IMG/VR virus record: IMGVR_UViG_3300037493_003260
Coordinates: 20,089 to 84,088 of that record
Reading direction: 5' to 3' (one strand)
Source of the DNA: a virus
DNA: 64,000 nucleotides
The notes under the pieces were generated by a model. It did no database searches. It saw only the letters and a list, made by a program, of their open reading frames with translations, and had not been told where the DNA came from. The position numbers were made by a program, and so were the translations under genes. Position 1 is the first letter of the stretch. Each line of letters opens with the position of its first letter. Shown in pieces: positions 40,922-51,019 of the stretch.

Positions 40922-41695
40922 CTAGAACGGAATGTCGTCCAAGTCAGGTAAGTCAAAACCACCTGGGTTCGGGGGCATTGGCGTTGTCGGCAATTGTGTT
41001 TCTTTATCCTGCTGAAATGGCGACGGTGCTTGTCCTGCAGCAGGGGCAGCCGCACGTGGCGGTGGAACACGGCCTGCAAGATAGGAGTTGATTTTGTCTA
41101 CGGGTGTGGCTTTAAAAATCGTAGCCAGCGTAAACAATTTCAATGCCTGTTCTTCTGCTGTTAAAGGCACCACAGCCATAGTCGGGGTAATGCGATATTC
41201 TGTATCATCCCGTTTAAGACCTTTGCGTGAAATCACAATGTCGTACCCATTCGGGTCGCCGTTGATTTCGGCAAACTTCATAATGTCCTCTTTCAGGGTA
41301 CGGCTGAACTGCCAAATTTTCATCTGGCCGTCCGTGCGGTCAATCACGTTTACCGCATATTTCAACCTGGGGTCGTAGGTGGAAAACGTCTTACGAAACA
41401 GGTCTCTTGCTTCTTCTTCCTTGCCGCCTTCTCTTAAGGCACGTGCCTGGTCCAGATATTTCTGCTTATCTGGGTGATGGCATACAGGGCAATCTTTGCC
41501 AGGGCAGTTTGCGGTACGTTTGATTTTGTTAAACCAATGCTCATAAAAGTGAAAATAGTGCCCACGAATACGGACACGTGTGTCACCTTCTGGAAGCTTC
41601 AGCCTAACAATTGCGGACCTACCTTCAGGTCCTGATTTCGTTACTGCGTCCTGCTCCTCTGGAGAATCCGCCCAGGGGTTGATTGAGTCTGTCAT
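40922..41695 (-). CDS. ssDNA-binding protein (gp32-like)
   Basis: L.EGDT.VR, H, C...CPVC zinc site, GYDI.I.R.G...TEY, acidic tail DLDDIPF. Confidence 0.75.
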   Translation of the reverse strand: MTDSINPWADSPEEQDAVTKSGPEGRSAIVRLKLPEGDTRVRIRGHYFHFYEHWFNKIKRTANCPGKDCPVCHHPDKQKYLDQARALREGGKEEEARDLFRKTFSTYDPRLKYAVNVIDRTDGQMKIWQFSRTLKEDIMKFAEINGDPNGYDIVISRKGLKRDDTEYRITPTMAVVPLTAEEQALKLFTLATIFKATPVDKINSYLAGRVPPPRAAAPAAGQAPSPFQQDKETQLPTTPMPPNPGGFDLPDLDDIPF

Positions 41696-42180
41696 TGTTT
41701 TTTACTCCTTTGTCTATTGGTTATTTTTAAACATTGAGACGTAAAGGCTGCTGCTGAGTAGCCCCTTTTCATAAAGTTGCACATCTTACAGCAAGAAACA
41801 ACATTATCAAAAGTATACCCAATCGTGTTGTCTACTCGGTCCAACCCGATTGTTTTTATAGGCTCCCCGCAGTAAGTGCATGGGGCCTTCCAAAATGTGT
41901 TAAACTGCTCAAAAGTGAGCGTAAAAATCCGTCCCAAACGTCTGGAGGATTTCTTGTAACAAATGTACTTTCCACGTGGTACGAAAGTCCGATAATACCT
42001 GTCGTCTGCTAGAATCTTTTCCTTGTTATTGTGTCTCCAGATGGCTTTAAATGCTAGGCTACAGGTTTTGCAATACACCGTTAGCTTGTCAAAGTTTCGA
42101 GTAGCCTTGTAAAACTCTGCTGGTGGCAGTACCCGTTGACACTTTGGACAATACTTGGCGTTACCAATCTTGCGGGGCAT
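41692..42180 (-). CDS. HNH-type endonuclease (close paralog of 32028..32579)
   Basis: CTYCG...TIGLDRVDNTIGYTFDNVVSCCKMCN. Confidence 0.8.
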   Translation of the reverse strand: MPRKIGNAKYCPKCQRVLPPAEFYKATRNFDKLTVYCKTCSLAFKAIWRHNNKEKILADDRYYRTFVPRGKYICYKKSSRRLGRIFTLTFEQFNTFWKAPCTYCGEPIKTIGLDRVDNTIGYTFDNVVSCCKMCNFMKRGYSAAAFTSQCLKITNRQRSKKQ

Positions 42181-42596
42181 TAGTTTTTATTTTTGCCCAT
42201 TTCAAGGGAAAGTACGTCCATAATTTTCTTGCATGTTAAGATGCCCTGTTCGGAAGCATCCTTGTAGGACTCAAGGACTTTTTCGACTTCAACCAGGTCA
42301 TTGACAGAGTTGCGTGCTTCTCGTTCACCAACTGCGCTAACAAACTTGTCGCCTGACACGTTGCTTTCCATCTTCAAGCTGATGTATTTGCTAACCTCGT
42401 TGTTATCCCGTGCTGCCTTTGATTCGCCGTAACGACATGAGAGGTACATAAAGTCCCCTGTCAAAACGTTAAGCTTTTCAATATACCAATCAACGGGCCT
42501 GAAGGTACTGTTACGCATAGCGAGTTCACGTAACTCTTTAGCGATTGCTCCCACACTCTCGAATACTTCTTTATCACTGGCGGTTATCAGGCTCAT
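42180..42596 (-). CDS. Helical protein, possible UvsY-like recombination mediator
   Basis: Size, helical character and position upstream of SSB/RecA. Confidence 0.35.
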   Translation of the reverse strand: MSLITASDKEVFESVGAIAKELRELAMRNSTFRPVDWYIEKLNVLTGDFMYLSCRYGESKAARDNNEVSKYISLKMESNVSGDKFVSAVGEREARNSVNDLVEVEKVLESYKDASEQGILTCKKIMDVLSLEMGKNKN

Positions 42597-42607
42597 CGGT
42601 TTTCTCC

Positions 42608-43015
42608 TTATTTCATTGTGTCGGTGAATTTGTGTTCTTTAAATTCTAGTTCCGACTCTTTAACAACATACTTATTGTACCAGTCCTGTTTGTAAACCTT
42701 AATCTTGTTTGGCACGTAGCGTACTTCTAGAGCCGAGAATTTCAAGTCCTGCCTTGCTAATGCAGGCTGGTCGTTAACAATTTTTCTAAGACCTTCGATA
42801 GCCTCTTCCTCGGTGGCAAATGATATTGGGATTCCCCTGATGCTACTCTTTTTTTGGTACACATGCGGAGACCCAATAGGAGTCCAGAAATACTGCAATG
42901 TTTTAGGAGAATCTGCGGCTACATTACCGTCCAGTTCCCCAGTAAAATCCCCTGAAATAGGCACTGGCCCTACTGCCCATTTTGTACAAATAATCCATCG
43001 TGTCGGTAATGTCAT
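42608..43015 (-). CDS. Hypothetical protein
   Basis: RBS aaagga and upstream promoter. Confidence 0.55.
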   Translation of the reverse strand: MTLPTRWIICTKWAVGPVPISGDFTGELDGNVAADSPKTLQYFWTPIGSPHVYQKKSSIRGIPISFATEEEAIEGLRKIVNDQPALARQDLKFSALEVRYVPNKIKVYKQDWYNKYVVKESELEFKEHKFTDTMK

Positions 43016-43046
43016 AAGTCTCCTTTGTTAATGTGCTATTAATAAT

Positions 43047-43075
43047 ATTATACCACAAAACGGCGTGTATGACAA
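43047..43075 (-). promoter_or_regulatory. Sigma70-type promoter
   Basis: TTGTCA-17 bp-TATAAT with TG extension. Confidence 0.75.
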
Positions 43076-43082
43076 CAGCTAT

Positions 43083-43670
43083 TTAATCCCGTAGTCCATT
43101 TGCCTTCTCTTCGCTCGGAGGAACGTTTTTTCTATTCCCGTCAGCTAGCAGGTACTCAATTTTACTCCCGTATCGGCACTCTCGTGCAACAGCATACACG
43201 AGGTCATCAAACTTTTGTTTGCCAGTTTCAAGTTTTTCAAAATTGTAATAGCTCCATACCTGTTTTTTGTTCTCCCTAAAAATTGTAACCACATGGCCAA
43301 TATTTCTGGTCTTACTGGAAACACCCAGTAAAAATACATCATGGATTCCCATACGCTTAAGGACCTCAAGGGTAAGGATGGCATAGTCTTCGCAATCCCC
43401 TGTACCATCGGTCAGAGTTGTGTGGGGTTCTTTCCACTCATCAGCGGGCGTGCGGTCTTCCTTATATCTGATATGGGTTGCCAGCCAGCGGGACAGTCCT
43501 TTGTAGTTACCTACCCCAACCTCATCTGCAATTTGCTGTAGTTGCACGTTCTCTACAGCGGTCTCCTCTGCAGTTTTCGTTTCAATAATATAAGCATTTG
43601 CCTTGACATTAAAATACAAGAAAAAGGCCACAAACAAACTCATTATGACACATATTGATTTTTTGTTCAT
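43083..43670 (-). CDS. Secreted transglutaminase-like cysteine protease (BTLCP/LapG-like)
   Basis: Signal peptide; Y..D....DEW..P..TL..G.GDCEDYA; GHVV. Confidence 0.75.
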   Translation of the reverse strand: MNKKSICVIMSLFVAFFLYFNVKANAYIIETKTAEETAVENVQLQQIADEVGVGNYKGLSRWLATHIRYKEDRTPADEWKEPHTTLTDGTGDCEDYAILTLEVLKRMGIHDVFLLGVSSKTRNIGHVVTIFRENKKQVWSYYNFEKLETGKQKFDDLVYAVARECRYGSKIEYLLADGNRKNVPPSEEKANGLRD

Positions 43671-44110
43671 TTTGCTCTCCGTTTTGCCTTATCAACTATT
43701 TTTGATTTTTCCTCAGGAGTTAATTTCCTGTCTTCCATGCCTGCCATCTGCAATTTAATGTAGCGGTCGGCTGAAGCGGCAATCGTTATTGACTGAAAAT
43801 CTATGTTCTGAAAATCCCTGACCATGAGAGTGTACTTGCGCTTCCAGTCTACCAGGTTCTTCATGTCGGTATCTTTGACATAAACGGGTTGCCATAAAGG
43901 CACCTGTGTTAAAAGCTCGGCGTTTGCGTAGTGTTCCATGTCCACTATATAGAAGGTGGCCCCGCCTGACTTGATAACATTTTTAAGATTATCGTCTACA
44001 ACAAAATCAGCAAATTTTAGGAACTCTCGTTCAGCTCTAATAATGTAACAGGTAAAACCTGTTAAAATGACGAGCCACGCCAGAACTAAGTAAGTGATAA
44101 ATTTATTCAT
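43667..44110 (-). CDS. Membrane-anchored hypothetical protein
   Basis: N-terminal TM helix; coupled to the protease gene. Confidence 0.6.
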   Translation of the reverse strand: MNKFITYLVLAWLVILTGFTCYIIRAEREFLKFADFVVDDNLKNVIKSGGATFYIVDMEHYANAELLTQVPLWQPVYVKDTDMKNLVDWKRKYTLMVRDFQNIDFQSITIAASADRYIKLQMAGMEDRKLTPEEKSKIVDKAKRRAK

Positions 44111-44636
44111 TCGTAGCTCCTATGGTCTTAATGTATACGTAGCCGTCACGCTGGAGGCTTACATAAGGCAGTTCACATACTGCTCTAGTATCGAACGGCC
44201 TGGTAATAAAATGCCAGCCATGCTGAGTTTCTATTTCCTCCAGTTTATGCTTATTAACCATGGCATCCAAGGCATCCAGCAATCCGATGTCTTTTGTGTC
44301 CACGTCAAGCATGAACTTCTTCTCCCCATAAATACACTCAGGCTGCAACAAAGCGGTTCTCCATAAGGAGTCTATGAAACCACGGCCCTCAGGGAAGTCG
44401 ATGAGCTTCTTTAAAAGCCACTTACGAGCTTTTTCTGTATCCCGCTTATTAACCGTTTTATGTATTCGCCACTTGCCCCCAAGATAAATACACCTTTGCT
44501 CAAGTATAAAAAGGTCTTCTTCTGGACGTTTGACAACCGCCCGCATGCAACGTGCAGGCTGTCCGTCCTTAGTCCGTGATAGGGCCAGGTACACATCGAC
44601 GGAATCGGCATAGTCTTTGGCTTCGTGGTTAGACAT
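44103..44636 (-). CDS. AEP/prim-pol-like small protein
   Basis: MLDVD and ETQHGWH motifs. Confidence 0.4.
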   Translation of the reverse strand: MSNHEAKDYADSVDVYLALSRTKDGQPARCMRAVVKRPEEDLFILEQRCIYLGGKWRIHKTVNKRDTEKARKWLLKKLIDFPEGRGFIDSLWRTALLQPECIYGEKKFMLDVDTKDIGLLDALDAMVNKHKLEEIETQHGWHFITRPFDTRAVCELPYVSLQRDGYVYIKTIGATNE

Positions 44637-45643
44637 CTTTTCTCGTGGCCTCACATTTGCAGCACTCTTTAATCCAGACAGCCCCGCCCAGTTTACCAAA
44701 ATGCACCAGGTTGGCAAGGTAGAGTTTCTCTACCCGCACAGGATGAAAGCAGTGCTTACAGTTCTTTTTAGATTTGGTAGTCATTATTGAGGCCGTGATT
44801 CTTTGTCAGGGTCTTCAGTGACTTCTTTGCGGGCTTCTTTAATCTTCCGCATATCATTGGCTGCGCTGCGCCGTATCTCGTTATAGAGGGCAGCATCCAC
44901 GTCGTCTAGACTGTCGCCTTCCTCTACTTCGGCTTCAGCAGAATTATCCAACTTGATTGAGTTAAAATTGCCAAGATTGATGGTGCGGGAAATAGCCTTA
45001 GTCCTCTTTGTTATTTTCATGGGTACCCTCCTGGTATTTTTTGACTAGTTGCACAACGACACTTGCCAGCCACTGTACGGAGTCAGTGAGACTTCCAAAC
45101 AGGTAGGTTTTGAATTCGTTCTCGACAATAATGAGAGTTAACAGGGCAGTGGTCCAAAACCCTGTCTCGGTGTAGACTCCATAGAGCAGGCCCCCGAACA
45201 GCAGGTAGCGGATGCTCTTCCCTACAATAATATTGGTCTTCCGTTGCTTCTCTGGGTTCATTTTTTCTTCCCTTTCTTGATATTATAGTTGGATGCTTCC
45301 TCCAGCATGGCAATTAATGTATCGGCCACGGGGGCACCCATCTTGGCAATTGCATCTATTTTCTTTGCGTATGCCCTAGCAGAAATGGTTTTACGGTGTG
45401 TCATTTTTTTGTTTTCTTTTCTTCTGCTGGCTCGTACAGCACCGTGGACTTTGCTTTTGTGCAGCCGCAGTGCGGGCAGACATAATAGTCCCCGCTGGTA
45501 AACGTGGGGTATGTACACACAGTGCCCTTGTCAAACACCCTGGTGCTTTTTGCAAAGCAATTATCGCATGTCATATTCATCGTGTATGTTTCCATGTAAA
45601 AGCCTTTCCTTTAAGTAACGTTATAGATTACCACCATGATAAG

Positions 45644-45673
45644 ATTATACCACAGAACGACCCCTGCTGTCAA
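45644..45673 (-). promoter_or_regulatory. Sigma70-type promoter
   Basis: TTGACA-18 bp-TATAAT with TG extension. Confidence 0.78.
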
Positions 45674-45726
45674 CAGCCTATTTTGCCTGTACCCCCGTCG
45701 CAAATCCTGCATACTTTTTACGACAG

Positions 45727-45852
45727 CATACCCTGCCAAAAGATTGAAACCATAACCAAGGGACTTCAAACCATACCCAGTACCCTCTTGCAGCCCCCAA
45801 TACCTCGAACCAAGACCATATAAAAGAGAAATGAAACCATACCCCAGTGCCC
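45727..45852. repeat. Cluster of short direct repeats (aaaccata-based) in non-coding DNA
   Basis: aaaccata at 45747, 45768, 45834 plus partial copies. Confidence 0.55.
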
Positions 45853-46076
45853 TACGACGTATTTATTACCCCCATCTAGACATACGGATAACTTAGGAAA
45901 CTTTTCCACTAGTTCCGAAAAACCAAAATAGTGAAAAATTTTTATTGAAAGCTGCCTTATGACCCTTTGTCTTTACGTCCAGTATCAATCAATCACGATT
46001 GCTTACCGCTAGGTATTGCATGTCTTTTGTTCCCTAGTATAAGGTGTTTACCCCAACGCTTCTTGAGTCCGTCGGT

Positions 46077-46847
46077 TTAGCCACGTTGTTCTTGTGGCAG
46101 GGCAGCTTGGCTCGGTTTAAAGTACTTACAAACCGTAGACATCTCGCAGCGGGCACAATGGCCAGTCTCAGGGTGGAAGTCTTCGTTGGTGATTCGTTTG
46201 GCAATGTCAACGTATTGGTCCAGTAACTGAATGTGGTCGGACTCGGTGCGTGTAGAAAGTTTGACTTGGGCTTTCCTGGGGTAGAATAAGCCAACCTTTG
46301 AGGCGGCAACACCCATGCCCTGCAGGACCCCCCAGTGGTATAGGGTAAGCTGTGGGGCTACAGCCAGGGCGTCGTCGGACATCATGGCCCAGCCTGTCTT
46401 AAAGTCCAGAATGACAAGGGACCCATCAGGCCACTCCAGTATCAAGTCGATGATGCCCTTGATTTTGAAGCCCATGTAGTCAACCTCGAAGACCCACTCT
46501 GTGGCCTTGGGCTTGCACAGGTACCCCTTTTCTTTGGCGAATTTGTAGAACTGGGCAATCAGGATGTACCCCTTGGCCAGCTCGTCTTCCCAGCCTTTGG
46601 TGGACTGGAAGGCAGAGGCCTCCTTTTCCATGGCCTCCATGAAGCAGCGTTTCCAGTTACGGCGCAGAAACTCGTACGAGTAATCGGCACCATTGTACAT
46701 TTTGTTCATCAGGTCATGGAACGCAACGCCTGTTACCAGCGGCCAGCGCATAGGGATGAACGGCTTCAGGTACAGCTTGTGCCTCAGGTAGTATTTCTGT
46801 GGGCAGTCCTGATACGTGCTGACTGCACTGTGTGACAGTTTAAGCAT
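46077..46847 (-). CDS. Cas4/RecB-like PD-(D/E)XK exonuclease
   Basis: LS.S....Y..CP, G...H, GIIDL, DFKTG, QL.LY, C-terminal C..C.....C. Confidence 0.85.
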   Translation of the reverse strand: MLKLSHSAVSTYQDCPQKYYLRHKLYLKPFIPMRWPLVTGVAFHDLMNKMYNGADYSYEFLRRNWKRCFMEAMEKEASAFQSTKGWEDELAKGYILIAQFYKFAKEKGYLCKPKATEWVFEVDYMGFKIKGIIDLILEWPDGSLVILDFKTGWAMMSDDALAVAPQLTLYHWGVLQGMGVAASKVGLFYPRKAQVKLSTRTESDHIQLLDQYVDIAKRITNEDFHPETGHCARCEMSTVCKYFKPSQAALPQEQRG

Positions 46848-47284
46848 CGTCTGACTCCAGGGAACTTAGATTTATGCCTAGGCCATCATGGAATATGCCA
46901 GTATATTTTTTCACAAATTCCTCGGCTGACATATTGGACGGGCGTTCTTTGACCATAAAAATATCTACTATCAAATGGACGAGCAGGGTGTCAAAGATAC
47001 CTCGATAGTTGGGGTTCTTTTCCAGCAGAACGGCCAGGTGTCTCTGGACAGTTTGCTTGGCGGAATCCCAATCGGATATTGACATGCCTCCGTAGTCATC
47101 AGGCATTATTTCTTCCTCTCAGGAAAGAAGTAACACAGGACCAGTATCACTATTGCAATTGGACCACAGGCCGCCAAACAGGAATAATATGCCGTTATAG
47201 CAGTCTTTAGGTAATCCAAAGCTATCAAAACCATTGAATCTGTGCAGTAATCCATGTTTTTCACTCCTTTAGCAGTAAATTATA

Positions 47285-47562
47285 GGCGGTCTGGACTAAT
47301 GATTTCACCAGTACCCTCTTTAAGCACGGGATTATAGTGCACCATCAGTAACGGCTGGTCAGCCACTCGCCACCCACCGATTTCTCTGATGCCTGATACA
47401 GGCCGTTCAGGTACTTTCGCCTAAGCCTTGTCCGCTGTACCGTTACCATAAAAAGGACCTGACTACTATGGCATCTGTTCGTCAGGTATCAGGGGGTATT
47501 CTCACACTGCTGTAGCGCAGTGAATATTGATGCCACCCACAAGGCAATCACTTAACTCCGCT
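47285..47562 (-). ncRNA. Putative structured non-coding RNA of unrecognised family
   Basis: ORF-free gap with many complementary segments forming nested stems and two pseudoknots (see findings); strand assumed from neighbours. Confidence 0.6.
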
Positions 47563-47579
47563 ATTTCCCGAAATGTGGT

Positions 47580-49156
47580 TTAAAGTGATTTCCGTTTACG
47601 ACTCTTGCGTTCTTGTTCAGCTCGGTCAGCGTCAGCCGCCCGCCAGCTGCCTATCAGGACCACGAATGCCAGCACAAAAAACACTACTGCAAGCAATAGT
47701 GCCTGTGGGTCCACTTTATACGAATAAGCAAACAGTCCACATAGTCCAAGGCAGCCTACGTATGTGATGAATCTGACTATGGTCGAGATTGTGTGTTGCA
47801 TTCTGGGTCTCCTATGATAGTCGGTGGGACATCAGGCGGTGGATTGCCCGTTCCCTTGTTAATGTCTTGTGGTTTGATAGGGCCGACATAGCCATATCCA
47901 GGACCAGAATCAGGGATGCCAAAATCCCAAAGTGTTCCAGACCCACCACAAGTACGGCATTTCTCAGGCTCTAACGAACCACTGAAAGCCCCAAACGTGT
48001 AAAATCCTGCAGGGACGTGGCCCCTGCCTAAACAAACTGGACACAAATGCGGTTTAGCCACAGTATGGTTCTCCTTCGTCTTCTTTATTTAGTGAATAGA
48101 ATGTAATCTCGACCAGAAACTTTGCACCACAATCAGGACACGTGACTATGACACCCGTGTCGTCACTGACTGGGGCTAAAATAAACTCGTCCATGTTACA
48201 TTCGCCATGCGTGTTAAAACATTTTGGACAGTAGACCTGTATCATTTTTTCACCTTTGTGTACTTCTCGCATGTGGTTACCAGTGAAAAATAAAGTTCAA
48301 ATGGTAATGTAAAATACGCTAGGTCAAGAACCTTGTTAATTTTTGAATACGAGGTTGCTTTCGTTGCTCGTTTAACTAGAAACTTGTTTGCCATGTTTGT
48401 CTACCCTTCCTAGTCCGTTACAGAACGGACAGTTTTCAGTGCTGCGACTTTTCCAAGTCGTATTCAATCCCGCTTTGTCGGGGTGCAGATGAATCTGTGT
48501 CACCTTGCCAGTGCCACTGCAGTTCTTGCAGTCTATGCCAAATGCAAGGATATAATTCCTGTCCCAATTTGCTTGGTTATACGGGCGGCGTTTGTCACCC
48601 TTGCCACCGTCACTCATCTTTGGGTTTCTCCATGGGTTTTTTGCAGTGCGGGCAAATCTTCCTATGAATCGGCATGTGGTCGTCGATTATTTTTTTAATG
48701 CTCTCATCGTCCCTCAGAATAAGCCAGCCAGCACAGTAATCCTCTGAATGTTCTTCCCAGATAGTGCATGCCTCTTCCACAGTAATGTTGTAGCCTATTT
48801 CTTTGGCCAAGTCTTTAATGCGTACGCAATCCATGAAATAGTTTTCAAGATGGTCAAACATTAGTGTCACCCCTTCTTTTTCGGAATTTCATATCGTTCT
48901 TCCAGAACGCTCCCGTTTCATTGTGCCGCCTATTTATTTCTGCTAAATGAAACTTGTAAACAGTCTCAATGGTATCCAGGTCAGTCGGAGAATCATTGCA
49001 TTTAATACAATGAAAAGTTGTATCGTACTCGCATCTATGCTGTGCCCCCACTGGCATAAGCTCTTTTTCAAATTCCATGCCGTCCTCCGCATTGGGACAT
49101 TTGCAATTTAATTTGGTCATAGCTAACAGGGGTATAATCCCAGCTGTCAACTCCAA
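47580..49156 (-). CDS. Run of small accessory genes, many with CxxC motifs (47580-47801 TM; 47777-48061; 48054-48272; 48372-48617; 48610-48870; 48854-49156)
   Basis: Overlapping start/stop coupling; CxxCxGxG DnaJ-like zinc motifs. Confidence 0.55.
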
Positions 49157-49619
49157 CGTCTATTGCTTTTAGAGAAAATGGCACCTGAAGTTTCCCATGA
49201 GAATGTCCAAAAAGGTGCCATGCACCGTATCCTTGATGAGGAAAAGCAAGGTGGCAGTAATGTGACAGCCAAATAAGTTGCTTGCCCTCTTTCAAACGTG
49301 TATCCTGCACTGTCAGCAGGTGCGTGTCTTTTACCCACTCAAAGAATGGTTCGATTGCATCCAGCGTTTTCTTTCGGTCGTGATTGCCCAGAATCAGATG
49401 CTTCTTACCCTGCAGCCGTCTGGCAATATTTGCAGCCTTGTCGGGTGGGCAGAAAGCAAAGTCTCCCAGATGGTAAATCTGGTCCTCTGGCTGGACCACA
49501 GCATTCCAATTTGAGATGAGAATTTCATTCATGTCATCTGCATTGCGAAATGGACGGTCGCAGTACTCTATAATCCGACTATGAAAAAAGTGAGTGTCAG
49601 CGACGAAGAATGTATTCAC
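49068..49619 (-). CDS. Calcineurin-like phosphoesterase
   Basis: ADTHF.H, LGDF, GNHD, SHY, GHSHG. Confidence 0.88.
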   Translation of the reverse strand: MNTFFVADTHFFHSRIIEYCDRPFRNADDMNEILISNWNAVVQPEDQIYHLGDFAFCPPDKAANIARRLQGKKHLILGNHDRKKTLDAIEPFFEWVKDTHLLTVQDTRLKEGKQLIWLSHYCHLAFPHQGYGAWHLFGHSHGKLQVPFSLKAIDVGVDSWDYTPVSYDQIKLQMSQCGGRHGI

Positions 49620-50071
49620 GAATTCCTCCTATTACGCATGTAGTCTCTATGACATACTCTACAAGCACGATGAGTCCTATGACGAGAATAACACGTATTC
49701 TCCGTGTTAAATTTGTGTCCCCGTTTACAGTGTGTCTTATATGACTGCCCAGGATGCTTTGTTCGGCCTTTGGCTACAGCATCTTTCATGTTATCGCTGT
49801 GTGTCCCTAAAAATAGGTGCTTTGGATTCACACATCGTGTATTATCACAATGATGACAAACACAGAGGCCTTTTGGAATTGGCCCATTAAAAATTATCCA
49901 AGATGCCCTATGAGCCATCATTCTAACTTTGTTTAACCAAAGAGACCCATACCCTGAGTTATTGGTTTTTGGTTGAAATTCCCAGCATCCTGAAATAACA
50001 ATTTTAATCTTGGCAAGTAATCTTTCTCTTGGAGACCCCTTGCATCCTTCGTGTACTCCCATTAGAAACAA
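49616..50071 (-). CDS. HNH homing endonuclease
   Basis: AHRASW....G.IP....VCHHCDN..CVNP.HL..GT..DN. Confidence 0.88.
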   Translation of the reverse strand: MFLMGVHEGCKGSPRERLLAKIKIVISGCWEFQPKTNNSGYGSLWLNKVRMMAHRASWIIFNGPIPKGLCVCHHCDNTRCVNPKHLFLGTHSDNMKDAVAKGRTKHPGQSYKTHCKRGHKFNTENTCYSRHRTHRACRVCHRDYMRNRRNS

Positions 50072-50146
50072 TCCAGTTCTGGAAGAGCCTTCAGTGCCTT
50101 GTCAGTCATAGGCTTTCCTTTACGAAGATTTCTCCGAATTTATTTT

Positions 50147-51019
50147 TCATGGTTTCTCCTTAATCCCATCCCATTCGGCAAGGGCGAGTTTGGCTTGGAT
50201 ATATTCTTCTTGTTCTTCCGCGTTCCAGAACCCTGCATCTCCGCTATCAGCAAGTTGCTTCTCGGCTTTCATCATCCCTTCTAAAGCCGATTTCAAATGC
50301 CCCGCAACATCCATGAGGTGGGAAAGACGATTCTCAAGGGCTAGAATATCTGGATGGTACTTGTGCAACTCACCAGATAAACGCTTACGGCTCTCAATCT
50401 CAGCCTCCGCTTGGGAAAGTCTTTTCTCTAGTCTGTCTTTGGCATCCCAAAGGTTCATGGCATTTCCCTTGATTGTTTCCTTATCAGCCTCCGCTTGGGA
50501 AAGTCTCGCCTTGAATTCAACAATCTCCTTGTCCCTCCAGAATATCCCGTTTAATGCTTTAGTGATAAGCTGAAGAAGATTTAACCCCTCAAGATTTTCT
50601 TTTAGGTCATCCAAGTGAAGAACCAATTCGTCTTTAGCCTCCACATTCTCAGCCTCCGCTTGGGAAAGTCTCTTCCGCACCTCAGTGTCGCAATCCGCAT
50701 AAGCCTTCAACTGCTTCTCGTGTCCATCACGAACTTCAGCGAGGCGTTTAATCTCGTCATTGGCTTCCTTACCATTCGTGTAATAGGGAACTTCATAGAG
50801 CATATCCCCATAAAGTTTGTGATAGCTTTCTCGCTCCTGTCGGCTTCCACGACCACTTGTGGCGGTGACAGTCGTAGTCCCGACATACTTCATGTAATCC
50901 GTAACATCGCATCTGCAATTCGGGCAGAACTGATGAACTGGTTGCGTGTAGAAGTAGCCGCCCAATGAACCAAACGCTCCACTTATCATTCTTATTCCTG
51001 CATCCTTTTCCTCACTCAT
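50147..51019 (-). CDS. Modular coiled-coil protein (MSEEK family)
   Basis: RLSQAEA x3 encoded by identical 23-bp repeats. Confidence 0.65.
   Translation of the reverse strand: MSEEKDAGIRMISGAFGSLGGYFYTQPVHQFCPNCRCDVTDYMKYVGTTTVTATSGRGSRQERESYHKLYGDMLYEVPYYTNGKEANDEIKRLAEVRDGHEKQLKAYADCDTEVRKRLSQAEAENVEAKDELVLHLDDLKENLEGLNLLQLITKALNGIFWRDKEIVEFKARLSQAEADKETIKGNAMNLWDAKDRLEKRLSQAEAEIESRKRLSGELHKYHPDILALENRLSHLMDVAGHLKSALEGMMKAEKQLADSGDAGFWNAEEQEEYIQAKLALAEWDGIKEKP

Noticed and set aside
45795-45815. GGTTCGA T-loop-like sequence as a tRNA
   Set aside because: No acceptor stem, D arm or anticodon arm can be formed; no tRNA was recognised in the window
46077-46847. Cas4-like gene as part of a CRISPR-Cas system
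   Set aside because: No other cas genes or array; solo Cas4-like nucleases are common in phages
50400-50671. 23-bp repeats as a mini CRISPR array
   Set aside because: Spacers of 61 and 142 bp are irregular, the repeat is not palindromic and the array preserves a reading frame
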